Below, one piece after another: positions 45,831 to 54,881 of a DNA stretch of 64,000 nt (the stretch's first letter is position 1; each line of letters begins with the position of its first letter). This DNA comes from an uncultured Alphaproteobacteria bacterium (lineage in GTDB: Bacteria > Pseudomonadota > Alphaproteobacteria > Rhizobiales > Xanthobacteraceae). Below the pieces are notes generated by a model. It was not told the origin of the DNA, did not search any database, and worked only from the letters and a program-made list of their open reading frames with translations. The DNA lies in contig CAWIXF010000007.1 in assembly GCA_963840065.1 (NCBI GenBank), forward strand, positions 23,955 through 87,954, given 5' to 3'. The position numbers and the translations under genes were made by a program.

Positions 45831-46628
45831 ATGATAAATCGACTCAATGATTATCTGGCCAACGGTGAGAAAGTACACGGTTGGCTGAACCAGTATAGCG
45901 CATCGTTTATTGCAGAAATTTCAACGCTCCAAGCCCGCAGCGGAATACACGGCGCGGTCGGCGAGATTGGGGTGCACATGGGACGTCTATTTATCATTTT
46001 AAAGCTAACCGCAATGCCGGGCGAAAAGTGCTTTGCAATAGACGTCTTTGGCGACCAAGAAAAAAATACCGACCATTCGGGTTTTGGCGATCTCGACATA
46101 TTTTTGAGGAACGTTCGCGACTGGACGGGCGACAGCGCTATAGAAGTTATTCAGGCGTCTTCACTGGACGTTAAGCCAGATAAACTCATTGCCACAACCG
46201 GACCATGTCGGTTTGTGTCAATAGATGGCGGCCATACCGAAGAATGTACATATAACGATCTTCTGTTGGCCGAATCCGTTCTTGTCGAGCGCGGCGTCGC
46301 TATTCTCGACGATATCTTCAATCAAATGTGGCCGGGCGTCGCCACGGGTGCGTCAAAATACTTCATCAATTCGGCCACAAAACTTCGCCCGTTCGCGATT
46401 ACACCGAACAAACTGTATCTGGCAACGGCAAGCGCTCACGCGTTTTACAGAGACCATCTCCACAAGACGCAATCGGCGCACTTTAATAAGACCGACAGCA
46501 TGTTTGGCAGTCGCGTTGATATATTTGGATGTGCACAGGCACGTACGTCTTGGCAACGGTTGATGCGAATGGCCATTTCAAATAGCCCGATTGGGCCATA
46601 CGCAAGATTCATCAAGAAATATATTTGA
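45831..46628 (+). CDS. Class I SAM-dependent methyltransferase (Methyltransf_24-like)
   Basis: GEIGVHMGR, FVSIDGGHT, AILDD; AT-rich codon usage. Confidence 0.85.
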   Translation: MINRLNDYLANGEKVHGWLNQYSASFIAEISTLQARSGIHGAVGEIGVHMGRLFIILKLTAMPGEKCFAIDVFGDQEKNTDHSGFGDLDIFLRNVRDWTGDSAIEVIQASSLDVKPDKLIATTGPCRFVSIDGGHTEECTYNDLLLAESVLVERGVAILDDIFNQMWPGVATGASKYFINSATKLRPFAITPNKLYLATASAHAFYRDHLHKTQSAHFNKTDSMFGSRVDIFGCAQARTSWQRLMRMAISNSPIGPYARFIKKYI

Positions 46629-46694
46629 ATCGATCGCTCGGCGACCGCTTTACCTCTGAAAAAGCCGAACGATCGCAATGATGCAAGTGGGCTT

Positions 46695-46738
46695 TGGCGC
46701 TCCCTACGGGAATCGAACCCGTGTTTCAGCCTTGAGAG
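46695..46738 (-). mobile_element. att core: 3' half of tRNA-Glu(CTC)
   Basis: Minus strand CTCTCAA-GGCTG-AAAC-ACGGG-TTCGATT-CCCGT-AGGGAGC-G-CCA; begins at the anticodon loop, 5' half absent. Confidence 0.9.
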
Positions 46739-46747
46739 TCTGTATTT

Positions 46748-46869
46748 CGAACGACGGCGAACGGTTGCGAACACGAGAAAAGCTATATTTCATAAGGGTT
46801 TTCGTTTAGTCTGTGCGGAGGCGTCCGGATCAATTCGTCCACGGATAATAGGCAAAAAGTAGGCAAAAA
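46748..46869. promoter_or_regulatory. Putative att arm: phased CGAAC x3 (10-bp period) and tandem TAGGCAAAAA x2
   Basis: CGAAC at 46748, 46758, 46768; TAGGCAAAAA at 46849 and 46860. Confidence 0.6.
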
Positions 46870-46884
46870 TTTCGAAGAGGGACC

Positions 46885-48186
46885 ATGCCCCGCACCGTTC
46901 GCGAAGCGTCGCTTGCCACGCGCAGCGCACGTTTGCGTCTCACGATTGCTCCTAAGCCGTACTGGCGCATGATCGAACAGGGTCTGCATCTCGGCTACCG
47001 AAGGCGCGCAACCGGCGGTTCCTGGATCGCGCGCCGGCGCAATGACCAAGCAAGCTATCGCGAAGCTAAGCTCGGTCTCGCCGACGATCTGCAGGACGCC
47101 AACGGCACGACTATCCTCGACTTCGCGCAGGCACAGCGTGCAGCACGGCGCTGGTGCACACAGGAGCAGCGTGTAGCCGCCGGCGACGGCCCGGTGACCG
47201 ACGGGCCCTATACCGTCGCACGCGCGGTCGCCGACTATCTCGACGACTATTGCCGTCGCGGCGGCAAATCGATCGATAACACCGAGAGCATCATGAGGCG
47301 TAACATCCTGCCTCCGCTCGGCAAGCTGCCGGTTACCAAGCTCACACCGCAGCGCCTGCGCGATTGGCACCGCGGCATCGCCGAACGCGCGCGCTTCTTG
47401 CGCTCGCGCAAGGGCGAGCCCGCCAGGTTTGCCCCCTACGATCCGAGAAACCCGGAGGACGTGCGACGTCGACGCGCCAGCGCTAACCGTGCGCTCAGCT
47501 ATCTCAAGGCGGCGCTCAACGTCGCGTGGCGCAACGGTCTTGTCCCTAACGACGATGCCTGGCGCCGGGTCAAGCCATTCCGTGCAGTGGAAGCCCCCCT
47601 CGTCCGCTATCTCAGCAACGACGAGTTGGCACGACTACTCCATGCCAGCGCCGGCGCCTTCCGCGATCTCGTCTATCTGGCACTGCTTACCGGTTGCCGC
47701 TACGGCGAGCTCTGTCGATTCACGGTCGCCGACTACAACGCCGACGTCGGCACCCTGAGCGTGCGCATTGCCAAGGGCGGCAAAGTGCGCCACGTCACCC
47801 TCACCAAGGAAGCAAGCGCCTTCGTCGACCGTCTGGTCGCAGGCCGACAGCCGGGAGAACCCCTGTTGCGCCGCGACGACGGGCGGGCCTGGAAGCGGGC
47901 CGAGCAAGTGCGCCCGATGCGCGAGACCTGCGCGCGGGCGGGTATCGTGCCGAACGTCGGCTTCCATGTACTGCGTCACACCCACGGATCGTTGCTGGCG
48001 ATGCGGGCGGTGCCGATGGCGGTGGTCGCCCGCCAGCTCGGCCACGCCGACACCCGCATGACCGAGAAGCACTATGCGCATCTTGCGCCCAATTACGTGT
48101 CCGACACGATCAGGCAGAGCTTTCCGCGGCTGGCACGTGACGAGCGGGTCGTCGTTCCGATCAATCGTCGCCGTAACAGCGCCTGA
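46885..48186 (+). CDS. Tyrosine recombinase/integrase, intact
   Basis: N-terminal arm-binding region (YWRMIEQGLHLGYRR); catalytic R (TGCRYGE), K, HVLRH, LGHA, HY. Confidence 0.96.
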   Translation: MPRTVREASLATRSARLRLTIAPKPYWRMIEQGLHLGYRRRATGGSWIARRRNDQASYREAKLGLADDLQDANGTTILDFAQAQRAARRWCTQEQRVAAGDGPVTDGPYTVARAVADYLDDYCRRGGKSIDNTESIMRRNILPPLGKLPVTKLTPQRLRDWHRGIAERARFLRSRKGEPARFAPYDPRNPEDVRRRRASANRALSYLKAALNVAWRNGLVPNDDAWRRVKPFRAVEAPLVRYLSNDELARLLHASAGAFRDLVYLALLTGCRYGELCRFTVADYNADVGTLSVRIAKGGKVRHVTLTKEASAFVDRLVAGRQPGEPLLRRDDGRAWKRAEQVRPMRETCARAGIVPNVGFHVLRHTHGSLLAMRAVPMAVVARQLGHADTRMTEKHYAHLAPNYVSDTIRQSFPRLARDERVVVPINRRRNSA

Positions 48187-48188
48187 AC

Positions 48189-48235
48189 GCCTTCTAAGCT
48201 GAGGGTCGCTGGTTCGAATCCAGCCCGGGTCGCCA
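48189..48235 (+). mobile_element. att core: 3' half of tRNA-Arg(TCT)
   Basis: GC-CTTCTAA-GCTGA-GGGTC-GCTGG-TTCGAAT-CCAGC-CCGGGTC-G-CCA, 2 bp after the integrase stop; 5' half absent. Confidence 0.9.
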
Positions 48236-48296
48236 CGTGTTTTCAATGACTTAAGCCAAGCTGCTTGGGGGTGGGTCTTGGCCAATTCCGGCCCCA

Positions 48297-48315
48297 GGGT
48301 AACACCGGGGTAACA
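48297..48315. repeat. Tandem GGGTAACA x2, putative integrase arm sites
   Basis: gggtaaca-ccg-gggtaaca, about 60 bp right of the Arg core; TTTCAATGACTTA at 48241. Confidence 0.55.
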
Positions 48316-48417
48316 GCAAACCGATTTCTACGCCGCCGACCCCCTACACATTACAGGAGCGCGCGTGACGAGCATGCGGCGCGCAGGACGGTTGCCGCGC
48401 CTCCAGGAGACCCCGCC

Positions 48418-48560
48418 ATGCGCGACGACATCTTCAGACCGCCCGTCACCCTCGCGCGCGAGGCGCTCTACAACAAAGTCTGGAGTACCCCGCTGCGCCG
48501 GCTGGTTCGCCGCGCGCAGGCGTGAAGCGCAGCAGCCCACCTCAAGGGTACTGGCCTGTT
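48418..48560 (+). pseudogene. Remnant of an integrative-element-associated HTH-like protein
   Basis: AGGAG RBS; LAREALYNKVWSTPL then PPQGYW in another frame, recalling the REELYELVW..P...PPRGYW family with an internal deletion (from memory, not searched). Confidence 0.5.
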
Positions 48561-48748
48561 TTGACCCCAGCCGGCCGATGGCTTCCTAAGACGGGAAATC
48601 TGTCACCGCGGCGGTCCAGCGTTCGGGGCAAGTCCAGCAAGTCCAAATCAGCCCGAAAGGTCGCAAGACAACCGGACCAAACTCAGGGTCAGTCCCACGT
48701 CTGTGAAAACATACCTCAGGGCGGACCAATTCAAAGGGGGCAAGTCAC

Positions 48749-49495
48749 TCACATAGCGTTGCTTTGCAGAATTCGAAGGACATCCTCTGTTTTTGTCACC
48801 CAGCCCAACTTGGATTCGAAATTGTACAATGTGGCCTGTCGCACAAAGTCAGGGCCAGTATGGTCCATAGCGTCTTCAACCAAGATCGGCCAGAACTCCC
48901 TGAAGTAAGCATCTCGGGCGGTGCTTTCGACGCAGACGTTGGTCGCGACGCCGGTAAAGATCAGGTGTTGGACATCGAGACCGTGGAGCAGTGATTCGAG
49001 GTTGGTGCTTGCGAATCCGCTATAGCGGGGCTTCTGCACGACGTAGTCGCCGGTTACGGGTTTCAGATCGTCGACGATCTCCCAGCCCCAGGTCCCCTCG
49101 ATAATGAGCTTGTCACGGACCTCCGGACGCTCCTTCATCAACTTGAATAACATCTGCTTGCGGATGTTCGGCGATTGCGGACCGCCTGCATTGCTCAAAT
49201 CGGGCTTGTAGCCAAACTGTAGGTAAATCACCTTGACGCCTGCCCCCCGGGCTGCGGGCAGCAGTTTCTTGTTTGCTTCAATGACAGATCCGATACGAGC
49301 CTCGTCAATTCCGGTTCCGATATCGAGCATGCCGCCCTTCGACGCATAGGCGTTTTGCATGTCAACGACGATGATCGCTGTCCGGTTGATGTCGATCTCA
49401 ACGTCAACCGGTCTCGCCTTGAGCGCGACCACCGTGCGACCACGAGCGTTGTCGATGCGATCTGATCCTTGTGCGCCTCTTGGCCGAATGTTCAT
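48749..49495 (-). CDS. Isochorismatase-family cysteine hydrolase, RutB-like
   Basis: VVDMQNAYASKGG, QKPRYSGF, FTGVATNVCVESTARDAYF. Confidence 0.92.
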   Translation of the reverse strand: MNIRPRGAQGSDRIDNARGRTVVALKARPVDVEIDINRTAIIVVDMQNAYASKGGMLDIGTGIDEARIGSVIEANKKLLPAARGAGVKVIYLQFGYKPDLSNAGGPQSPNIRKQMLFKLMKERPEVRDKLIIEGTWGWEIVDDLKPVTGDYVVQKPRYSGFASTNLESLLHGLDVQHLIFTGVATNVCVESTARDAYFREFWPILVEDAMDHTGPDFVRQATLYNFESKLGWVTKTEDVLRILQSNAM

Positions 49496-49503
49496 GACGG
49501 CTC

Positions 49504-50112
49504 CTACTTGTTTACGACCTTGCGATAATCCGCGGACGGCGTGTGAGCAGCGGGCCAGTTCATCCCGTCTTCGAAACGGGCGAAAACGTGTGCATGCCGA
49601 GCAAAGCCGCCTTCCATTAGCGCTACCGAGACAATCTCCACGATGGCAAGGTCGTCGTAGCCGGCATCACGCAAGGCTTCGAACTCGTCGTCTGTCATTG
49701 GCTCGTTGATCGTGAGCTTACGGGCCACCCGATATACCGCCTTCTCGGTCTCCGGCAGATCGGAATTCTCGAAGTGATTGAGCTTTTCAACCTCTTCGGC
49801 ATCCATCTGCAAACGGTCGATCAGGTCGGTCTTATGGAAATTGATACAACGTGGACAGTCCGTAGCCACCGCGCAGACCATGGCGATTTTGTTCATTAAG
49901 TCGCGAGGCACGCGGCCCTTTAACAGTTCAAGTTGCTTCTGTAACTCCCACCAGGCCTTCAGCAGCGGCGGTGAGATGGCAAAGAAGCCGAGCAACGGTC
50001 CGAGCCACCGCGGATCCCGCAGACGGCAGATTTCGTCATAGATGTGTTCGACCTCAGGCCCGGCTTCACTCGGCTTTACCAGTTTGACTAGCTCAGCTTT
50101 TCGATTACTCAC
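49504..50112 (-). CDS. AhpD/carboxymuconolactone decarboxylase-family protein
   Basis: DCPRCINFH (CxxCxxxH); GTG start at 50112 behind GGAGG; 8 bp upstream of the RutB-like gene. Confidence 0.82.
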   Translation of the reverse strand: MSNRKAELVKLVKPSEAGPEVEHIYDEICRLRDPRWLGPLLGFFAISPPLLKAWWELQKQLELLKGRVPRDLMNKIAMVCAVATDCPRCINFHKTDLIDRLQMDAEEVEKLNHFENSDLPETEKAVYRVARKLTINEPMTDDEFEALRDAGYDDLAIVEIVSVALMEGGFARHAHVFARFEDGMNWPAAHTPSADYRKVVNK

Positions 50113-50307
50113 CTGAACCTCCTGCCAAAAAATTAGTTCCTGTATGCTATAGAGATTCCCACCAACCAGCATCAGCAAAGATGTTGCCTACTCCGCGGGC
50201 CTCCAAAGATTAATATCTATAGTCGTACCCATCGGCGCTGCTCTATTGTTGGAGCTCGGCATCAAAAGCGGAAGTAAAGGCCATTCGCTTCAATATCGGC
50301 TTCGCGC

Positions 50308-50571
50308 TCAAGGGCGAAGATGGTCGCTTAACACGCCGCCGAATATCGCCTGAAAACTCCGCGCATATCGCAAGTCGGCAAAATGGAAGACCTGGAACCA
50401 TTCGTCATCCTTACGGATCAACCGGCTGTGCTGCAGTTGGTCGATCTGCACGTGAAACAGAAACACCGCATCCAGGTTTTCGCCGCCGACGGCCTTTGCC
50501 CGCACCGTGACCTGGTAAGCGTATTCCGGATTGACCGAGTGTCCGGTTGGTTGGCTTCGGGCGCGTGTCAT
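50308..50571 (-). CDS. Possible small hypothetical protein or remnant
   Basis: C-terminal FQVFHFADLRYARSFQAIFGG resembles small rhizobial proteins; start uncertain. Confidence 0.35.
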   Translation of the reverse strand: MTRARSQPTGHSVNPEYAYQVTVRAKAVGGENLDAVFLFHVQIDQLQHSRLIRKDDEWFQVFHFADLRYARSFQAIFGGVLSDHLRP

Positions 50572-50619
50572 TTAGGATAAATAGCAGAGCAGAGGTCCAC
50601 AATACCAGGGTCCAACATA

Positions 50620-50780
50620 CCTGTGTGTACCGAAAACCTAACCCCGCATGTAGTGGTGGTGAAACTCGCCAAGGACCTTGCGTGAACTGATGCTTCCAGT
50701 TCGCTGAATGAGCCGAACGTTTGGCACATCCTTGTCCAGCTATGGATGCGTAGCGACCTTACTGTCGCAATGCAGCGAAT
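50620..50780. mobile_element. Possible terminal remnant of an rve/integrase-core-type element
   Basis: CCTGTGTGTACCGAAAAC...GTGGTG...CATCCTTGTCCA resembles element ends recalled from Bradyrhizobium-like genomes; not verifiable here. Confidence 0.35.
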
Positions 50781-50908
50781 GACACGACGTGCCACTAGCG
50801 ACCGACGCACCGCAGAAAACTACACAAAAAGAAAGACCGCCAGTGCGGCAGTCTCTCCGAAATCCGATCAGGTGTTTTGTACGCGGGCTTTTGGTTATAC
50901 GTGCGGTC

Positions 50909-51115
50909 TCACTTGACCTTGAGGTTGCCGGCGGATTCTTTGCCTCGATCAGAGATTATTTCGTAATCGACCTTCTGACCCTCATTGAGGGTGCTGAGAC
51001 CGGCGCGTTCGACCGCCGAAATATGAACGAACACGTCCTTGCCGCTGCCACCATCCGGTTGAATAAAACCATAGCCTTTGGTCGGATTGAACCACTTCAC
51101 AGTACCGCTCGCCAT
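50909..51115 (-). CDS. cspA: Cold-shock protein (second CSD gene)
   Basis: [21 protein letters not shown]...[13 protein letters not shown]. Confidence 0.95.
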   Translation of the reverse strand: MASGTVKWFNPTKGYGFIQPDGGSGKDVFVHISAVERAGLSTLNEGQKVDYEIISDRGKESAGNLKVK

Positions 51116-51209
51116 CATCGCTCTCCACGTTGAAGAAGCATTTATATCGAGTGTGGCAGGACACGCATAGCCGATAGATTCGCCTGAGCCTGATGTCCGC
51201 TTCTGGTCC

Positions 51210-51540
51210 ATGCGGTATGAATTCACGGACGATAAATGGGCCCCCGTCAGACCGCACCTCTCGAATAAGCCACGTGGCCGTATGACGCGGATTGGATCAG
51301 GGCGCTCGCTAGCGAGCAAGGGGCGTGAGCAAATATCCCGCCCAAACGAAACCGTAAAGAGGCAATCTGCTTCAGTCCATAATCTCTACCGTGCGCGAAA
51401 CTTGGTCGAGCGGTACTTCATCAAGATCAAGCACTGTCGCCGTATCGCCACCCGCCACGACGAGCTCGCAGCCAACTATCTTGCCTTCATCAAGCTTGTA
51501 TCTATAGAGACTTGGCTTCGTGCTTATGAGTCCGCGCCCT
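51210..51540 (+). mobile_element. Internally deleted IS5-family (IS427-like) element
   Basis: Transposase N-terminus [17 protein letters not shown] joined to C-terminus [35 protein letters not shown]; terminal repeat tatgagtccgcgccc at 51525-51539. Confidence 0.85.
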
Positions 51541-51588
51541 GCTGGCATACCGGTCCATAAGTGCAGTCTCCGCTTATCGCCGGGACCT

Positions 51589-52404
51589 CTAGCTGGACTT
51601 ACGCTCACCAGTTTCTTTGTTTTTGGCAAGACGCTCATATTCTGTCTGGATAAGTTCTTTACCGTAAGCTCGTTCGAGCCGACGAACGGTAAAATGGCCC
51701 AGAGCTACAGCCTGAAAATGTTCGATAAATATGTAATTTACCGCGGCGCCACCCAACGCGCCGATCACCGGCATCGACTGAGCCGCAACCTTTTCCGTTA
51801 CAACTACTCCAAAGCGAGAGGCCACTTGAGCGATAAAGCGCACCAGCACAGGGGCGCTTCCATCAATGATACCGTGGTTAGCGATATAACGCGCGGCTTC
51901 AGTCACGCTTTTGGCAAGCAAGCCACGCAAGGCAAAATATCCGCTTTCAGAGGCATCGTCCGACCCAGTCCGTCCGCCCAGGGCAAAGACTTCCACGCAC
52001 GAGAGTGCCGTTTCCGGATCGGAAAGATCTTCGCCCTCGCTTCGCGCAATGTCCGCGATAGATCTGAGCATGATGATTGTCGAAACAGGCAGCTCGATTG
52101 GGAGTGTTGGCAAACCAAAAGCGCCGCCAGCAGCGCCAGACGCCGTTGCTAAAGCTTTGTGCAAGAGCTGCGATCCTGCGTGAGGTGAGCGCTGCAAAGA
52201 CAACAGGGCTACCTGAAGCGCCATCTCTAATGCTTTGGAGACGGCTTTCGTGATCACATTGGTGGCCGGAGCCGGCATCGCACTTCCAAGGATTTCGATC
52301 GGCTTACCGATGATATCGGCAAGACGCGCGGCTAGTCCGGGATGTTCAAGCGCATGAACGGCGCTGCGCAGTGCTACTAAATCCCCTTGGCTTAAGTCCG
52401 CCAT
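51589..52404 (-). CDS. EcsC-family protein
   Basis: ALEHPGLAARLADIIGKPIE, ELPVSTIIMLRSIADIARSEGEDL, QAVALGHFTVRRLERAYG. Confidence 0.9.
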   Translation of the reverse strand: MADLSQGDLVALRSAVHALEHPGLAARLADIIGKPIEILGSAMPAPATNVITKAVSKALEMALQVALLSLQRSPHAGSQLLHKALATASGAAGGAFGLPTLPIELPVSTIIMLRSIADIARSEGEDLSDPETALSCVEVFALGGRTGSDDASESGYFALRGLLAKSVTEAARYIANHGIIDGSAPVLVRFIAQVASRFGVVVTEKVAAQSMPVIGALGGAAVNYIFIEHFQAVALGHFTVRRLERAYGKELIQTEYERLAKNKETGERKSS

Positions 52405-52823
52405 GTCCAACTCAATTGAAATTCTGCGTCTACTCGACCGTAGGCGAATTTGCGATGGTGTCGAGTCCCGTTGCGACCGAGCCAGCGAGATTACGAGGGA
52501 TTTCAAGACCAGAAAGCATGAGTTCGAGCAGCGACCATTTGTCTCCGAAAGCGGCCAATGCGCGTGGCACTCGCTCAAGATTCCGCTTATGTCTCAACTT
52601 CCGATAAATACCGTTATCGGATGTCAAACGTTGACCCTCTCGGGCGAGCGCAAACCACATTCACCTCGCTCCGGTTTGCCCAATGCCGGACAACATGTAG
52701 TTCCAAGGCCCCCAAAAGCAGAAATGCGCAAGCACTAGCGACGCAATATCACCTTCTACCTTGATCATTTATGGGTTTATGGAGTACCGATCGGAATAAT
52801 CAAAGACGCGCGTGAGGCCCCCG

Positions 52824-54074
52824 ATGGTACATCAAATAATTGGCGACAGCGGCGCTCCGACACCGCTGGCGCATTACTGCCAAGGCGTCGTGGTGGGCGA
52901 TCACGTCTATGCCGCAGGCCAGATCGCCTCGGACTACCGCACCGGCGTCGCGCCGGAAGCCCGGGTGGAGACAGCCTTTCCTTACTATGGGTCCGACATC
53001 CAAAGGCAGACCCGTTACGTTCTAGAGAACCTGAGAAAGACCTTCCGGGCGGCGGGAGCCGATCTCGACAACGTCGTCAAGGCGCAAGTCTTTTTGACCG
53101 ACCTCAACGACTTTTTTTACTTCGACCAAGTGTGGAAGGAGTTCTTCCCCTCGCCGCCTCCGCGTACCACCGTTGGCGTCACCGGCTTGCTGGTGCCCGG
53201 TTGCAAAGTCGAGATCGATCTCGTTGCAGTCAAGTCGGGCGTCAAGCGTACCGTAATTGGCGACAGCGGCGCTCCGACACCGCTGGCGCATTACTGCCAA
53301 GGCGTCGTGGTGGGCGATCACGTCTATGCCGCAGGCCAGATCGCCTCGGACTACCGCACCGGCGTCGCGCCGGAAGCCCGGGTGGAGACAGCCTTTCCTT
53401 ACTATGGGTCCGACATCCAAAGGCAGACCCGTTACGTTCTAGAGAACCTGAGAAAGACCTTCCGGGCGGCGGGAGCCGATCTCGACAACGTCGTCAAGGC
53501 GCAAGTCTTTTTGACCGACCTCAACGACTTTTTTTACTTCGACCAAGTGTGGAAGGAGTTCTTCCCCTCGCCGCCTCCGCGTACCACCGTTGGCGTCACC
53601 GGCTTGCTGGTGCCCGGTTGCAAAGTCGAGATCGATCTCGTTGCAGTCAAGTCGGGCGTCAAGCGTACCGTAATTGGCGACAGCGGCGCTCCGACACCGC
53701 TGGCGCATTACTGCCAAGGCGTCGTGGTGGGCGATCACGTCTATGCCGCAGGCCAGATCGCCTCGGACTACCGCACCGGCGTCGCGCCGGAAGCCCGGGT
53801 GGAGACAGCCTTTCCTTACTATGGGTCCGACATCCAAAGGCAGACCCGTTACGTTCTAGAGAACCTGAGAAAGACCTTCCGGGCGGCGGGAGCCGATCTC
53901 GACAACGTCGTCAAGGCGCAAGTCTTTTTGACCGACCTCAACGACTTTTTTTACTTCGACCAAGTGTGGAAGGAGTTCTTCCCCTCGCCGCCTCCGCGTA
54001 CCACCGTTGGCGTCACCGGCTTGCTGGTGCCCGGTTGCAAAGTCGAGATCGATCTCGTTGCAGTCAAGGGGTGA
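52824..54074 (+). CDS. Three-domain RidA/YjgF/UK114 protein (single-chain triple Rid)
   Basis: Each unit has YCQG...VYAAGQI, QTRYVLENL, VVKAQVFL, PPRTTVGV (catalytic Arg), KVEID; units joined by KSGVKRTV. Confidence 0.9.
   Translation: MVHQIIGDSGAPTPLAHYCQGVVVGDHVYAAGQIASDYRTGVAPEARVETAFPYYGSDIQRQTRYVLENLRKTFRAAGADLDNVVKAQVFLTDLNDFFYFDQVWKEFFPSPPPRTTVGVTGLLVPGCKVEIDLVAVKSGVKRTVIGDSGAPTPLAHYCQGVVVGDHVYAAGQIASDYRTGVAPEARVETAFPYYGSDIQRQTRYVLENLRKTFRAAGADLDNVVKAQVFLTDLNDFFYFDQVWKEFFPSPPPRTTVGVTGLLVPGCKVEIDLVAVKSGVKRTVIGDSGAPTPLAHYCQGVVVGDHVYAAGQIASDYRTGVAPEARVETAFPYYGSDIQRQTRYVLENLRKTFRAAGADLDNVVKAQVFLTDLNDFFYFDQVWKEFFPSPPPRTTVGVTGLLVPGCKVEIDLVAVKG
52837..54068. repeat. Tandem repeat, 417-bp period, 2.95 copies, no differences detected
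   Basis: Units start at 52837, 53254, 53671; alternative-frame ORFs also recur identically at 417-bp offsets. Confidence 0.97.
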
Positions 54075-54881
54075 AACACCGTCTGCAGACTTTTAAATGT
54101 TCACATAGTCTGTCGGCGTTATCATACTTGGCAGACTCTTTATTGATCGCCACTGCTACGTGCCGAGGCAGCGCTCCAGAAAGGTGGCATTGACTCATTT
54201 CCAGCTCGACATTCACAGGTTCGGTGCGCCAGTGCCTTCACCTCTGCCGTGATCGCCTTCGGAAGAGGGTCACTAACTCCTCGCCAAAAGATTTCGTCAG
54301 TATCACCCATCACGCTCACTTGCTCACTGCGCGTGTCGAAAATCGACACGGGCCTAATCCTTCCGTCACATTTGTAAATTCTCCATGGAGCCGACGCACT
54401 TTGAAGAATGCAAATCTACAAACTGCGACGAGGTGCCACAGACGATCTGGGTCTCGATTTTGCAATGAATCAGCCGGATGAACCGAATGACATGATCATC
54501 GTCGGAAACAATATTTTCGACGCCGGCTCGTCGCGCGAGGCAGTTGTCAATGCCCTCGACAATTACGGCATCCGCTGCGCAAATGACAGTCGATCGGTGA
54601 CATCGCGCAAAACTGGGTCGAACATAGCAGTTGCCCACATTCGCTTTCGACAACACGCAATCGCAATGGAAAAACCATGATCTTCTAAGCTTCTCGAAGG
54701 CCGGGACGCCGAAAAGACGATGTTGCGCCGCACCGAGATCGTCGTTTTCAGAAGGCCCCTCCCACCAATCGTGGCGCTGCCGAGATCTGATGGCCGATCA
54801 CGAGGCTGCGAATGCAACGATGCCCATTGCCAACGCTGCAGAAAATTCGCTCTAATACCCCAACACACATTGGAGGGCACC

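Noticed and set aside
46695-46738. Intact tRNA-Glu gene
   Set aside because: No D-arm, no 5' acceptor strand and no 5' anticodon stem; it is a 3' half only
48189-48235. Intact tRNA-Arg gene overlapping the integrase 3' end
   Set aside because: Upstream bases cannot form the anticodon stem beyond 2 bp, the D-arm or the acceptor stem
52430-52660. 76-aa minus-strand ORF and other short ORFs in 54100-54700
   Set aside because: No recognisable motifs or RBS; likely degraded accessory DNA
52837-54068. CRISPR array or non-coding satellite; the 353-aa alternative-frame ORF 53132-54193
   Set aside because: Units are 417 bp, spacer-less and in frame within a protein gene; the alternative ORF is a by-product of the repeat
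48749-54074. Canonical rutABCDEFG operon
   Set aside because: No RutA, RutF, RutG or RutR visible; the Rut-like genes are dispersed and on different strands
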